A stretch of DNA of 64,000 nucleotides, from contig CM119372.1 of the NCBI GenBank assembly GCA_051294905.1, positions 14,262,001 to 14,326,000 on the forward strand. The letters run 5' to 3'. Both the position numbers and the translations under genes were made by a program. This DNA comes from Botryllus schlosseri (lineage: Eukaryota). Shown here piece after piece: positions 1 to 45,258 of the stretch. The first letter of the stretch is position 1. Each line of letters starts with the position of its first letter. The notes beneath the pieces were generated by a model, which was given only the letters and a program-made list of their open reading frames with translations, searched no databases and was not told the origin of the DNA.

Positions 1-575
1 AATTGTAATTCTTGCATATAATTGAGGTAGCTATGGCATGTCTATTTCTACTCCGGTATAATTCAACAGTAGGCTATTGCTTCTGCTTCTTCAGTATTAT
101 CAGTGAATGCTGTTAACAATTTTATAACAAGATAGTCAGGCTGGTGTGCAATATAGTGCAGGGGTCGGTAACCTTACGTTGCCGCGTAGCAAAATATGTC
201 AATGTCAAAATATACCAATTGGTGTGCCAAACATTTTTGTTCTGTCATTATTATTGTTTCAAGCAAGGAATCCCACCAACCGCTTATCTGAAGCTGCTAA
301 TGGAATTGATTACGCAAGTGCTCCTTGAGGTTTTTGTCGTTAAGGGTATAAATATGGGTCGCTGCTGCACCAGAGCTATCGTTTTATACACGTAATATCT
401 AATAATTAAAAATATTCAGTATAACCTAATAATTTGATTATATTTTCATTCGATCAAGCCACATACAATGTACCATGCAATGTAAGGAACAGGTAGAGGG
501 ATGCCGAAACGACCAGTTCATGTCTCTTAATTTGGCATCCACCTCGGCCCAGTGCCAGGGGTTGCCTACCCCTGA

Positions 576-1972
576 CAGAGTTGTAACCAAATCACAAGGT
601 TCTGAGTCACAAGCCAATCTCACTTTCATAGTTTTGACTTGAGTCAATTTGAGTCATTTCAATTCACCACCAAGTCAAGTACAAGTCAGTGAGTAGAGGG
701 TCGAGTCCGAGTCATTGTGTTGACTGTTTTGTTTTGAGTTCAATCCGGTTGAACCCACTTTTTACATCTCTGCTTAAGACAGGGGTGGGCAACATGCGGG
801 CCGGATCCGGCCCGCGAAGGGATTTTGTCCGGCCCGCGGACAGTTTTCCGTTTTACATGATAATGTGGCCCGCGGCCCTAGTCAGCCGAGATTTCCCACT
901 ACTTGCTTACAACGTCAAATTTTAGTGACTGTATAGTGCATGTTATTATATACGTATATGCCCAACGTGCTAGAGTGGAGCTTACGCGTAAGTTCGTTGA
1001 AGCGAGAAGACTTGTATTATCGGCATTTGCGATGTACTCAACCCTAATGTCGTTTGTGGTATTCATGGTGTTTGTCGACTACAATGGTCAATTACACCAG
1101 GCTGATATTTCTTATTTTTCATTCTGTAACCGCCGACTTGTAGCACGACACACTTCTAGGCTTTTGTAAGACGAAAACACTGCTTATACCAGGGATCGCC
1201 AACTCAAAACGGGTCGCGGGCCACTTTTCAAATTTCGTAGAGGTCGCGGACCGAATGAATTCATTATCGAGATTTCTCAGGCCACACAGTTGAACAACGA
1301 TGCTATCTTGTCACCTACTCAACCCTAACGAATATATGTGTTGGTAAATTAGGGGTACCGGGGTTATCGAACTCCTTGAAATCTTAATTGAGGATTGCAC
1401 CGTGTGTTGATTGATCAGATAGAAGCAGACATGGCGGCGCCTGTATGACAATGCTATTCTCGAAGCCACATCGTCTTCGTCATTATCGGCGAGAAATGGC
1501 TTTGAAGTGACATTACTGTCGTTAAAATGTATTCAATAAATGCGATTTATTCCTTGTATATGTGGAATGTGGATAAATGGGCGAATATTGTATCGATTCA
1601 GCAATCCGGCCCGCCAAGTACTTAATTTTCCTATATCCGGCCCGCCGACTCGAGAAGTTGCCCGCCCCTGGCTTAAGAGATATAGAATGGCTTGCATTCA
1701 TAATATAGTAATTTTCCTCAGTCTTAACAGTTACTGGCCCTATTCTCCAAGTGCCAGGACTGATAGACGAAATACCAATAATGGGGTAACTTTACTATTC
1801 TTCGAAGTTACAATGAAACGTCTGTCCGGACCGTCCTAGTCTCGAGTCATATGACAATGACTCGAGTACAAGTTGAGTCAATACACAAATTGACTCGAGT
1901 CGAGTCATTTTACGCATTTCAAAATAAGACTTGAGTCACCAGAAAATCGCGAGTAGAGTCATTACAACCCCG
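576..1972. mobile_element. Non-autonomous hAT-type element with GAGTC-rich ends
   Basis: Termini cagagttgtaac...attacaaccccg with a perfect 8-bp TSD acccctga (568-575, 1973-1980). Related copies at 25817-27228, 25978-27017 and ~36395-37027. Confidence 0.85.
780..1670. mobile_element. hAT (Buster/Charlie-type) MITE nested in the 576-1972 element
   Basis: TIRs caggggtgggcaac...gttgcccgcccctg with a perfect TSD gcttaaga (nnnTAnnn). Confidence 0.9.
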
Positions 1973-2038
1973 ACCCCTGACATAGTGTGATCTCACAGAA
2001 GGATATGGTAAACACAGACAGGTATGCTTACTACTTAC

Positions 2039-33569
<31,531 letters not shown>

Positions 33570-36500
33570 ATCGTTTCTATCTACGGATTGTATTTGGCTA
33601 ACATCACCATCAAGCAACAGTAACTGCAAATTAAAATACGCGCAGAGCTCTAAATGGCAAACGTTGCAATTCGCGACGCAATTTTGTTGAGGACGACTCT
33701 AGTTCCGATAACTCGCAACTGATTATCACACGTCCGAACAGCGTTTTCATTTATTCATCTGATTTCTTTTTCGAACAATAGCGCATTATGCATATCGGTA
33801 TTCAGGCAACTGACGCCAACTGCGGGCAGTTGTATACTCCGTCTCCGTGTCTCTCTGATCGATTCATTACCCAGAGAATCATGCAGCATATCGCCACGGC
33901 CTCCGTTTATACCGGTCATAAGTTTCACCCTTCACAAGGAAAAGTTGGACCCAAGATATGTTCTGATGATTAAACAGATGTCTGTCATGCACCAAACTTT
34001 CACTTGAATTTGGAAGATAGCATCGTGGAAAAGAGCGCTTAATCATGTAACGCAATACCAGCTTAATACTCTCTAAAACAGTGGTTCTCAACCTTTTTCA
34101 CCTCGCGGACCGGTAAAATTTCAAAAAATATTTGGCGGACCGGTGAACTGTTAAAAATTGAAATCAACTTAGAATTTGAAGTATGCAAGAATAGGCCTTA
34201 TATATGGTGCCAGAGAGTGATAGTTTGAGGGTTTTGATCGTGAATAATTATATGTTCATGATGGCATCCGTGTGATTTTCATCGCCGCGCGTCTGATGAG
34301 TCGAGGTAAAATTGCCTGGCTCAGATAAACGTGCTAGAGCCGAGAGTCATATCGTTTGCACTTACATTCTTCCGCGCCGAAGTTCATTGATTTAACTGAC
34401 CACGCAAAGTCGAAGAATATTCTTCTCTACGACAATATACAGAGAACAATTAATCGTTTTGGAGTCGAACCCAATACCTTATCTTCTCATTGCCCACTAC
34501 CACCAGACGTAGGCTACTCTGGCTATACTATATGATTACAATGCGCCGCACAAAAACACCCGACAACAGCACCTGGCCATCCATAAAATCAGGGCCGATC
34601 GTCAGCTTACCGGCCCAAAAACGTTGGTCTTGGGTCACCACAGAGTGATAAAACAAAGTTCTGGGGGGCGTCGTCCCCAGACCCCCACTGCTGGTTGGGT
34701 GTTTTCACCAGTACTTGCGGCACACAGTCATTCTAGTCAGTGTAAGCAGAAAATTCATGTAACATGATCGCGGGAAGCGCAAAACTTTTTGTATAATTCA
34801 TGATTGAAGCGGTCAATAATTGGTAATTGCATATATATTACTGTAATTTTTTATGCTCTCGGAATTATCAGATTTTTCGGTAGAGTTGATTGAGGGTGAG
34901 TAGATATTGAAATTACCCAAGCGTAGGCCTACTAAAATACTGCACGCACACGATTCCAAATTGGTATTTTGTCACTGCTGGAAAATGAGATTTTTCTGTT
35001 GTCTGGCATTTGTCGTATAGGGTAGCCTATTGCCAGAACAGCGAGATTCGGCGCCAGTCATTTTGGAGCCTATATACAGACAAAATTAGACATGTATATA
35101 ATATATAATAAAGTTTTCGGTAGGTCATTCCTTTTCGGCCAAGGTGATCTCGCTGGCGAGTTCTTAGCACACTTCTCGGAGTCCTTGGTTAGCCTAAACT
35201 TCATTATATGTTGGCGCAATAATGGGTGACGCCGAAATACCTATTTCTGTAAATCATGATTATTTCTTGAAGGAAGGACACCCAATAATCAAGACGTATA
35301 ATGACACTAATCCGCGCCAAAGCGCGAAAAAAGACTGAAAAAAGTTTGATGAAGTTTCAAAAAAAATGCTGTTGTATAGTCACGAACAGAGTTGGATCAA
35401 TTACAATATTTTAATTCAATTACAATTAAAATTAAAATTACTTCCTTGAATGTTTCAATTACAATTACTCAATGCTAAAAATATCAAATTACAATTACTG
35501 TTAAATATGTAATTAATTTCAATTATAATTAAAATTACTTTTAAACAGGTAATTGATTCAGTAGAAAGGTGTTCTTTGACAACCGTAGCGACGTGATTAT
35601 AGCAACAATCTCAAGCTATTCATGTTTCATTCCTGATATGTAGAATACCCTTTAATAAAAAAACTCGAACGTATTCGAACTATTCCTAATCATGAGTAGG
35701 CTACTGAAAACTACAAGCATAAAAAATGTTTCAAGCGACTGTTAAGAACCAAAGGTTTGAGCGATTAACAGGGAATAGGCTACAGGACAGTCAATGAAAT
35801 GTAATCAAACGATTAGGCTACTCAGAGCTGAGTCAGGCTAATGAAATGTAATTGGTATGGCGTCAGCGATAAGGATGATGCGTAAAATTAAAATAAATGC
35901 AAAAGGAAAGAACCTCCTGATAACTAAGAATTACAATATTTTGGTTCGCAGTTACATTTTCACTTGCTCGGAAACTGTTAGATTGCATTTGATGAACATT
36001 AGGGTGCCAAAACTTTCTGGCCCACGTAAATTTGGCCAAGATTGGAGATAAGATTGGGATAACATCTCTACAAATGCGAGATCAAAGTTTGATGAAGCCA
36101 AGGGATATCGCGGAAACTACATGTTTTCGAACAGTCCTTTTTCTTGCATTATTATTTGTCATTTTGGGTTCGTGGCGAAGGTATAAATCTTGCATTCGCA
36201 TCGCACCTCCAATTGTCTACCACAAGCATGTCACGTCACGTCCATTTTTTTTTCAAAGCCACTTACTGGAATAGGGCATTAGGCCCACTTTTCGAATCTA
36301 TACGTCTACTCAAAATAATTTTTGCAAGTATTGAAAATCGTTACATTTTCTTGTATAATTGAGTAGAAATTCGCGACATCACTTCTACTACTCATCGCTG
36401 TAACCAAATCACAATGATCCGAGTGACATGTCAATCTCACTTTTGTAGTTTTGACTCGAGTCATTTTTAATTCACCAAGTCAAGTCAGATTCCAAGGCAG

Positions 36501-38811
36501 TGAGCAGAGGGTCGAGTCCGAGTCATGGTATTATGACTCGAGTCCGAGTCCAAGTCACAGTGTTGACTGCTCAGTTTCCAGTTATACGATACGATTGTTG
36601 ATATACAATGTTCTTTCCAATTCTCTACTAGTTGCTGACGATTACCCCTGACGAGTGTCAGCCGAAAATATTCGGGTTCATTTCAATATGAATATACTAT
36701 TTAAGTTAAAGTCTTGTTAAACCCACTTTCTACAAGTCTGTTTGGTGATATCGAATGATTGGCACTTATATTATACTAATTTTCCTCGCTTTGAGCAGTT
36801 TCTGGTCGCATTTTCAAGTAGGCTATCACTACCAAAAGACGAAATCACAATATAGTGTGGTTACTTCAGCCTACTATTCCTCAAAATTAAATTAAATGTC
36901 GTTTTCGGCCGTCCAAGTCGAGTTAATACCCAGATTGACTGGAGTCGTTTCCGTATTTTGAGAAAATGACTCGAGTCAAGTCGAGTCATCAGAAAATCGT
37001 GACTCGAGTCGAATCATTACAACCCTGCTGTTACTATACTTGAGTAGTTACGCTGACTACTTTTACCTTCACTGAACTTGCAAAACGTATAAGAGCTTTT
37101 CATGGATCAGTAACGAACTCCTCGAGTTCCGGCATCGTGCTTCATTTGCGACCAGCTCGGCTATGTTTGGTTTCGTTCACGGTTCGTGACTCGCGGTCAA
37201 CTGTTAATTTCTTCACGTGAATTTTTTCTTTATGCGACCCAAGGAATAATGCAATGCTCCATTATGTTTAGGGTTGCATTTAAAACAAAAATCACTGTAA
37301 AAGAAACATATTACAAACGTGTTTTTTTCCTGTTTTGTTTTTCAAGCATGACGTCGCAATCTTGCATTGGAATTGTGATATAGGGTAAAATGGCTCCTTT
37401 GACGAAAAGGGATACCGACCCCCGTCATGAACGGAACGGATCAAAAACATCTTTAACCAGGACTACATCGTTTTGCAGCATTTTTACGGTTGTCAGTCCT
37501 CATCATCAGAACACCCATTCCGTTCCAATGATCTATGTCTACGCGTTTTAACTGATGATGAACCAATGACGATTTCAAGGGTCCCAACCATTCTACCACA
37601 TGTATCGCAAAATTTCGTTTTATCAACAAACAAGTAATTTTATCGACAAGTTATTGAATAGGATGCTATCACAATTCTTGTTTTATATTCGACAGTTGGT
37701 TAAACTAAACTATTATCGAACTCCGTTAACATTTAGGTCGGTGATAATTTGATTTTTATCATGTCTGCTGTATAAGTAGCCTATATAGTACACACCAACT
37801 AAGTGAAGAACGTCAGAAGCTGTTTGCAAAGGAGAAGAAACCGTTCCGAATTTATCATGTCGGATTCACCCACCAGGCATCCAAATACCCAACCAAACCA
37901 GTGGACACGATTATAAATGATATCAGTAAAAACTGTGAAAATTCTCAGGCTTGAACATAGTACACATTTTCAACTATGGTTACCGTCTGTGGTATTACAA
38001 AGGCATGCTGGCTGGATAATCGAGTACGTTGGTAGCGGCGGACAATAATGAAGTAGGCTACTTCTACCTGCACTACTTTCCGAAGAAGTTATGATTTAGT
38101 TAGACTATTCCTACTTGACAGTTTACTTGGCATAACTACACTCTCAGCGAAAAGGGTGTGTACTCACACTTAAGGAGCCGAAAATAGTGGTACGCGGAAA
38201 CAGAACCTAACTCAGAATTATATCGCGGTCATAAATCCTACGTGCGTACATGCATAATTTGGATTAAAATGTTGTACTCGGTTTATATTGCCTGTATAAG
38301 TCTAAGGTAGGTTCTGGTTTCGTGTGCCATGGGTATTCACACCCGTATATCTGGGGTGGAAATGCACACTCTCTTCGCTACGACTGTAGGCCTAGAATGC
38401 TTACTCTTTTACTTACTTGTAAATCACTATTTCTACTGCTACTTGAGTAGAAATTTATGATGTTAGTTCTACTGGAGTACCAACAATGGCTACTTTGACC
38501 ATGACCACTTTTGATAATGATGTGAGTTATCATGTGACGCAGCAGATATAGCACATATGAGTAATCAGATTTTTGATCCGTCCTTTGCTGAATACGAAGT
38601 GCAACCTCAAGAAATCATACGCTGAGAAGCCTGCGATCCCAACCTAGCACATCCTGTCGAGATCAAACAGAAAGTACAGTGGATATTCATTGCATGAACC
38701 ATTTTAATAACTTGTGATAAATTAGAATATACTTCTGGAGCTAAATAAATTGCATAGGACATGCGCAATGTGGTGACTAATTATTTTTTGATCAGTAAAC
38801 GTTGACTACAG

Positions 38812-41800
38812 TCATTTTTGTGCAGACGGATTCAACATCCTGCCAGTGAATAATACGACTTGTGTTGGTTTGTGATAGAGAAAGAACAGGAAAGGCTTGT
38901 TGCATATGAATTCAGTAGGAGGGAGCAGTGCCATTCTGGACATAGCTATCCCTGTAGCTGCTGCTGCTTCTGTTCCTTCTTCATCGACTGCTATGAAGGC
39001 CTTGTGAGCAATGGCACTGACGAACAGATCCTCCGAGTCTAAAAATCATTTAATGGTTGGGAAGTGTCATGGCAAAGAGAGATATTGTCTAAATTTTCAT
39101 CCACCGGGCAAAAGGTTGAAATTATGCCTTACGCGACCACAGTGGTCGCGATACATAATGCGATGCAATACTTCATGTTTGAAAGCGGAAAGTCCTGAAT
39201 TAGTGTACTTTATGCAGGGATATCCCACACCAGGGCCACATTCCACCATCTGGCAGAGTCCTTTTTCCAAGTTCATGGACCTCTCATTATTTCGATAAAG
39301 CTTTCAAATTCAGGCAGTTCTGTATTGTATGCATCCGACATGGGGTAATCAAAATCAGCATTTTCAAGTAATCGTAATCGATTATTTCACATACAGGCGG
39401 TTCACGGATCGAAACCCCCTCCTTTTGAAACGCGCAACCACGTCCTTGTGAAATGACCATAACGCTAATATTCAGTTGCAATTCATTATCAGCGTTGCGC
39501 GCGGCGAATGGTGCTGCCAATCAGCAAGATTTGACTGTGAACAATGTAACGCGACGCGATCTCCCGCGAGATGATCACGGAATTAGGTCACAGGCGAATC
39601 CCGCTGATTGGCAACGCGCTTCCTAATTTATCGCGACTCCGACAAGCCTAGTTCCGCTGGCTCGAAGAATTGCATCTGCAATAGGCCCTGTGCGTATATC
39701 ATCGCTAGCCTGCACAGTGCAGAATCGAATATGCATTGGCTCAATGCGCACGATATCACCGCTGGCCTACACAATCGCATCTGCAATAGGCGCGGTACCG
39801 AACACATCATCGCTGGCCTAACTATCGCGTCTCGAGCCTAGCAAGCATGCTTTGGCTGATTGGCTCCTATCTCTCGATGTCTTGGAGACGATGCCGTTAA
39901 GTGTATGCTGATTAGCGATTGTAATTAAAGAGTGACATCGCGAAACGGAATGACATTGAATATCCGCAAACATGTACGTGCGACGTGCGTGCATGCGTTT
40001 ACGATTGATTTCGGCTAATACTTTAACATGGATATCAGAAGATGTGTGTCAAGGCTTGTTATAAAAGTTATAAAACATTAGAAAGGTTTGAACCACCTGA
40101 AATCGGTGCCCTTATAGACTTGCGCAAATCGTCGCCGAGGCTACATAATACAGGTTTATAAGCGCGTGTATTCAGTTGTTCACGAGAAATCAAGAATTCG
40201 CTAATTGAAAGCGCTTCAGGACTAGTTGGAAAGCTTATCATAAGCGTGAGTTCGTCAACACGTTTAGATGCATAATCGTCAATTACGCCTGTACTTAACC
40301 CTAATGAATTGATGCTATATTGGTAAATTCGGAAAAAATCGAAACCCCCTTTTTTATTTAACCCTCCCCCCTTCTTTATCGGCTGGCTACGCGCTTGCAT
40401 ATGTAATTGAGTTCTTTGTAAAAGAACGATTACTTTTTACTTGTACAAGGTCTATTACATAAACTAAACATTCATTAACAAGGAATAGTGCGATATTATC
40501 TCGGGTTATTTATAGCAAAAAAGTTGGATTTTAAAAATCCACTGCCATTACATCATAGGCATTACCTTTTCTCATCATTGTGAAACGAATTATCCACAAG
40601 CACGAAATGGATATTCGACATAGTAATATGATTGAAAGAACAACCGCAATGCCGAATGTCAGTTTATCAATAAGCACCAGACCCCACATAGGAGGAGGAT
40701 ATTCACCACTCTGCCTAGTTTCGAATAGTAACGAAACTATTGATGATTTGTAGGGCGTTTTTTTCGACATGTCAAAACAAGTCGAAATTGTAGCGTTAAA
40801 TCAAAAAATGTCAAAATTGTTTACAAAGTCAAAATTTTTTTGTAACCACCATTTCGTTTGTATCGTTGATATTTGCACTGTGGGTGAACCTATCATTGAT
40901 ATTTTACAGCTTGAAGCCCAATTTATCGGCCTACCGTTGTAGACTACCCATTGTTGGCTCATCCTGAATCATGAACGGCCAAATGAAACAAATATGTTGG
41001 CATGGTGTTATGCTCAACGTGCCGCAATATCCTAACTGAAGCAAGTCTGCACGGGCAATGGGCAGTGGTTTTTATATCAACAAGCACATGATGAAAAATT
41101 GTGATGTAGACAGAATTGTCAAAATGAAGCAACACGGTGTGTCACCAGCCGTGTACAGGTGTACATACTCAGTCATTGCAAGTCAACAACTGCTACTGTT
41201 GAACGGTCTTTCTCATTCTTAACAAGCCACTTAGTAAGGACAGACACTTCCTGCCCTCTGAATGTAGGAAGTATCTTTCATTGTACTACAACAAATTTTA
41301 ATTATTTCTCCCATAATGCTTGATGTTACTACTGGAATTCGTCATAGGTTCAGATTTTGTTAAAATGAAGTTTTTTCACGTAAAAATTTGTTAGTTTTCA
41401 AGTCAAAAAGGTTAGCTCAAGCCTAACTACTTCGTAATGACAGACAGTTCCAACCAGAAATGAAGATAAGTTACGCTTACCATATTTTGGAAATCTAAAA
41501 AGAGGACACTTTTTCATAAATATCCAACTTTCAAAATCGGGGTAGAATTCTCAAAAACCGGTTAATTTTTCCCACTTTGTGACTGGTTAACCAAAAAAAA
41601 AAAAAAAAAAAAGTCATCTTTTCCGCTCAGATCTCAAAATAATGTTTTTTACTCCACATCGCCAGATGGATGACTAAAAATAAAAAAAAAAGGTCATCTT
41701 TTCGCTCAGAGCTAAAATCACCGTTTTTCACCCGTCGGAGCTTCACGTCTGTGCTAATATGTGGCATATCCCTCGCAATTTGCTCTAAATCTGCTCTAAA

Positions 41801-44217
41801 TCCTAAAAAAGAGGACAAAATCTCAAAAAAGAGGACAAAAGGGCGTCCTCCGAGGACACTTTCAAAAAATCAAAAAAGAGGACAAATCCTCTTAAAAGAG
41901 GACGTATGGTAAGCCTAAGATAAGTAGTAAAATTCTAAGATTTTGAGGGAAAACACCTGAGTTACGTACGTGAGGTCAAAATTTGGTCAAAATTAAGTTT
42001 TTTGATGTCAAAAAAGTCAAAATTCTGAATTTTTAGATCAAAATCTTTTGTATTATAGGTAAAAAAACCGCCCTAATGATTTGTTAAGCTTAGTCAAACC
42101 CAGTTTGAACGTTGCTGCTTGGCGAGGAGTTATGTAGGCTACTGTGGACTAAGATCTGAAATTTTATACTCGTCGTTTTAACATGACAATTTCCAAATCA
42201 AAGCATTAAAATCAACGTCTGCAGATATTAGTCATAACCGAGTATGTTAGTAACGGCAGCTCGCAGACTTGTACAAACTACCTATCTAGTACCGAAAGTT
42301 GACGGTCACTCGGTCAGCCAACTACCAATTTTTTTGTTGAGTAGTTCTAGTTCTAGTTGTAGATCTCAAAAAGTGAGCAGATCTAGTAGTGCATTCTAAA
42401 ATTAATTTAGCTGTAGAACTAGAGAACAAGATTCGCGGTTTGGCCTGAATCGTGATACTGATGTTCTGCTATGTGATGTTCATGCGGCCAGTGTTAGTCA
42501 AGAGTCATCATTAATAACAGTGGCATAGAAAGGGTTTCAACCATTTTAAACTCGAAACCCTGTCCTTTTGAAATGCTGATTCTATCTCCAATATTTCTTA
42601 GCTCATTTACAATTCAGTAATTGGTATCATCTGTTTTTACAGTTAGTTTTAAAGGTAGGCTATTTTAGTTTATTATCAATTCTAATTCTAGTTATGCATT
42701 TTGAAAATCCAGTAGTTTGTGCAAGTCTGGCAAGTTCGCAATATCTGTATTCAGAGGATTGTAGGTAATAGGCATACCGGTATGTGTGTTCATTGTTCAA
42801 CTATGCGAGAAGCAATATTAAATATGGCAGAATTTTATGTTCACTCAAATTTTTTTCTCAGTGGTATGGCCGGACTTGAAGTGGGCACCAATCAATATTT
42901 TGCAATTCCTTACTAAACATATGAATTTGCCATTATAGCCAACCGCTCGTACACCCTGTTAGTGTGGTTTCCAGTTGGGGGCAAAAAATTGTCAGCCTTA
43001 AAGTTGTGCGATGGATGCATTGTGACAAAACAAACAAACGATGTCGTTTAGAAAGTAAATTGTTCTCTTATATGAGCCCGTCACATCGCAATCGTTGTAT
43101 TGTCTTCCAATGTGTTCAAGGGTCAAGTTCTAAGATGCAAAATAAATGTAATCGCGTTATTCAAAAGTAATCGTAATTGCAATCGATTACATTGTTGAAG
43201 TAATCACCCCATGTCTGGCATGCATGTCTCAACCATACAGATCTAGATACACATTTGGAAAGCTGAGGATCTCATCATTAAATAAGTGAGAGTCGAGAAA
43301 TTCTGAGCAGGCAGTTAAAATAAACAAAGCTTACCAGAGATGCTGCTGAAGTTAGCTTTAGTCGACAGCATAGTACCGGCTCCCATTTTTTGGAATGCGT
43401 CGCACAAATCCTTCTCGAATTCCAACTTGAATTTCGGCACACCCACCGTCACTTCCTCCCGGAACAATGACTTGTAAAGCTCTGCAAACTTCGGAGCATC
43501 CAACGACTTTTCCACCTCTGCCAAATCACCCGTCGGAAGGATAATCACCATGGAGATCGGCGAGTTTTGATAAGGCATTTCAATCATCATCATTTTTTGG
43601 CTGGCATCAACAGCGAAAGGATATTTTGCCTTTTTCCGCATCATATCAACCTTGACAATCTTGTTTTCATGTGTATGAAAATCTTGTGAAACGGTTTTTG
43701 TCTTCTCGAACTGAGATTCCCATTTCCCTTTGAAGTAAACAGCGTTGGCCAACACAAGGCGTGTGTCACGACTGATGGAATTAGGAGGCATCAGATCCTG
43801 GATTTTTTCTTGTGTCTTCTCTGCCACCCATTTGTTGACTTTCTGTCGTGATTCTTCAGGCCTGGATTTGAAGTCTTCCAAGGCACAGCTAGCCTGATAA
43901 TATTTGGCGAGATCATTTTGGAATGTATCTTTCACAAGAAACGATTGTTCTAAAAATAATTTATTGGCTATTTTAAGACTCTCCGCAACAGTATCGCCTG
44001 CCAAAGCATCTTGTATTGATGCAGCCTTCTGGTGGAATTCTGCGCTGTCATTTACAGAAAGTGCTTTTTCCAGCTCAAGCTTGGTATCACCAGCAGCACC
44101 AAGAAGAAGCATAGAGATGGCCGATGACACGCTGTAGGGCGAGCACAATAAGTTGCTTCCTGGCTCTTCGCTCACGAGAAGCTTGAAGAGATTGAATGTA
44201 AATATATTGAGTGACAT
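38812..44217 (-). CDS. Intracellular inhibitory-type serpin (ov-serpin/leukocyte elastase inhibitor-like), 369 aa, 2 coding exons
   Basis: Exon 44217-43335 (NLLCSPYS, LVLANAVYFKGKW, VPKFKLE) splices in phase 1 to exon 39038-38812 (HKAFIAVDEEGTEAAAATGIAMSRMALLPPTEFICNKPFLF...GRMLNPSAQK*). No signal peptide after MSLNIF. Confidence 0.95.
41030..41917 (+). mobile_element. Degenerate hAT-like transposase C-terminus and right end, inside the serpin intron
   Basis: ~41177-41295 translates with frameshifts as CKSTTATVERSFS../LNKPLSKDRHFLP../YLSLYYN, an hAT dimerisation-type motif. The terminus aggacgtatggtaagccta is shared with MITE 16632-16976. Confidence 0.6.
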
Positions 44218-44539
44218 ATCGTACTCCCTGGTGTCACTTATCGTACTGGAAAAATAGAAAAGCATTTTGTATATATTGTGCCGTTGAGCTAGCAGGATTG
44301 CATGACCAAAGTTGAAATATTTTGGACACTCAAATGCTTTTAGGCTCAGCTCGACTTCATTGGGAGTCACACCATACGGTTTAAGGTAAATATTTGACAC
44401 TTTAATATACCGTACAATCCACTTTGAGAAGTGATAACATTATATAACAGTAGATACAATAACACTCGTTCTATGCACATCAGCATTGGCTGTTATTGTT
44501 CCATAATGTGAGGATGCAAAATTTCTCATGCAAGGGAGA

Positions 44540-44885
44540 AGCAAAAAACACACATTTACCCCCTGAGCAGGGCAGGACGTAGTTTATTTTTGTCCTTGAT
44601 GTTTTTGCGACATATACACCAACTCATGATATACATCCACACGATCTGCGCATATGCATACCATGTGTACACATGTTGTGCATATGCCGCTGGACAAGGA
44701 AGGTGCAGATATAGCCTTTACGGCTTTCCAAGTTTTGCACTACCCCTCCATATATCCCAGTAATGCATGAGCGCCAAGCAGGTAAGTCATGGATACCAGT
44801 GTTACTAATCAGGTCTTTGGTCTGACCCGGCCGAGGATCGAAGCCACGACCTACCGATCAGACGGACGCTTCACCATTGCGCTAT
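44540..44885 (-). mobile_element. tRNA-derived SINE
   Basis: The minus strand begins gatagcgcaatggtgaagcgtc...ggcttcgatcc (Pol III A and B boxes), followed by a non-tRNA body. The left boundary is approximate. Confidence 0.65.
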
Positions 44886-45258
44886 CTTGAGCAGAAATCA
44901 TGTGCCTTGAACATGGCTGTACGTACATATACAACACTCATTGTGCTTTGCCACATGCAGTTTACATTATATTATAAATGTGTGGGCCCTGTGGGGTAAA
45001 TAAACACAGCCCCCTGACCCACAGCGACATCCAAATCCTGAAATCCACAACTAATCTTCCTGGACCAATGATGATGCGATGATGAATAGGACCCACAATG
45101 CAGTGCATCGACTGAGTGTCATAGAAGCATCATTTTATGACCTAATCAGTGATCTTGGCAAAAACGTCTCGATGTCGTGTGTTCAAATTCAACAAGGTCA
45201 CGACATATAAATGCTATATCAAATATCACCACACTGCCTGTATACTCAAGTATCTTAA

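Noticed and set aside
39400..40400. CpG-rich stretch with short repeats in the serpin intron as an ncRNA or hidden exon
   Set aside because: No supported ORF or RNA motif. It is probably the interior of another non-autonomous element whose ends I could not fix.
44218..44400. N-terminal extension of the serpin ORF in the track
   Set aside because: Non-ATG start upstream of an acceptor at 44246. Serpin homology begins at MSLNIF (44217).
44810..44885. tRNA gene
   Set aside because: A and B boxes are present but there is no convincing cloverleaf, and it continues into a SINE-like body.
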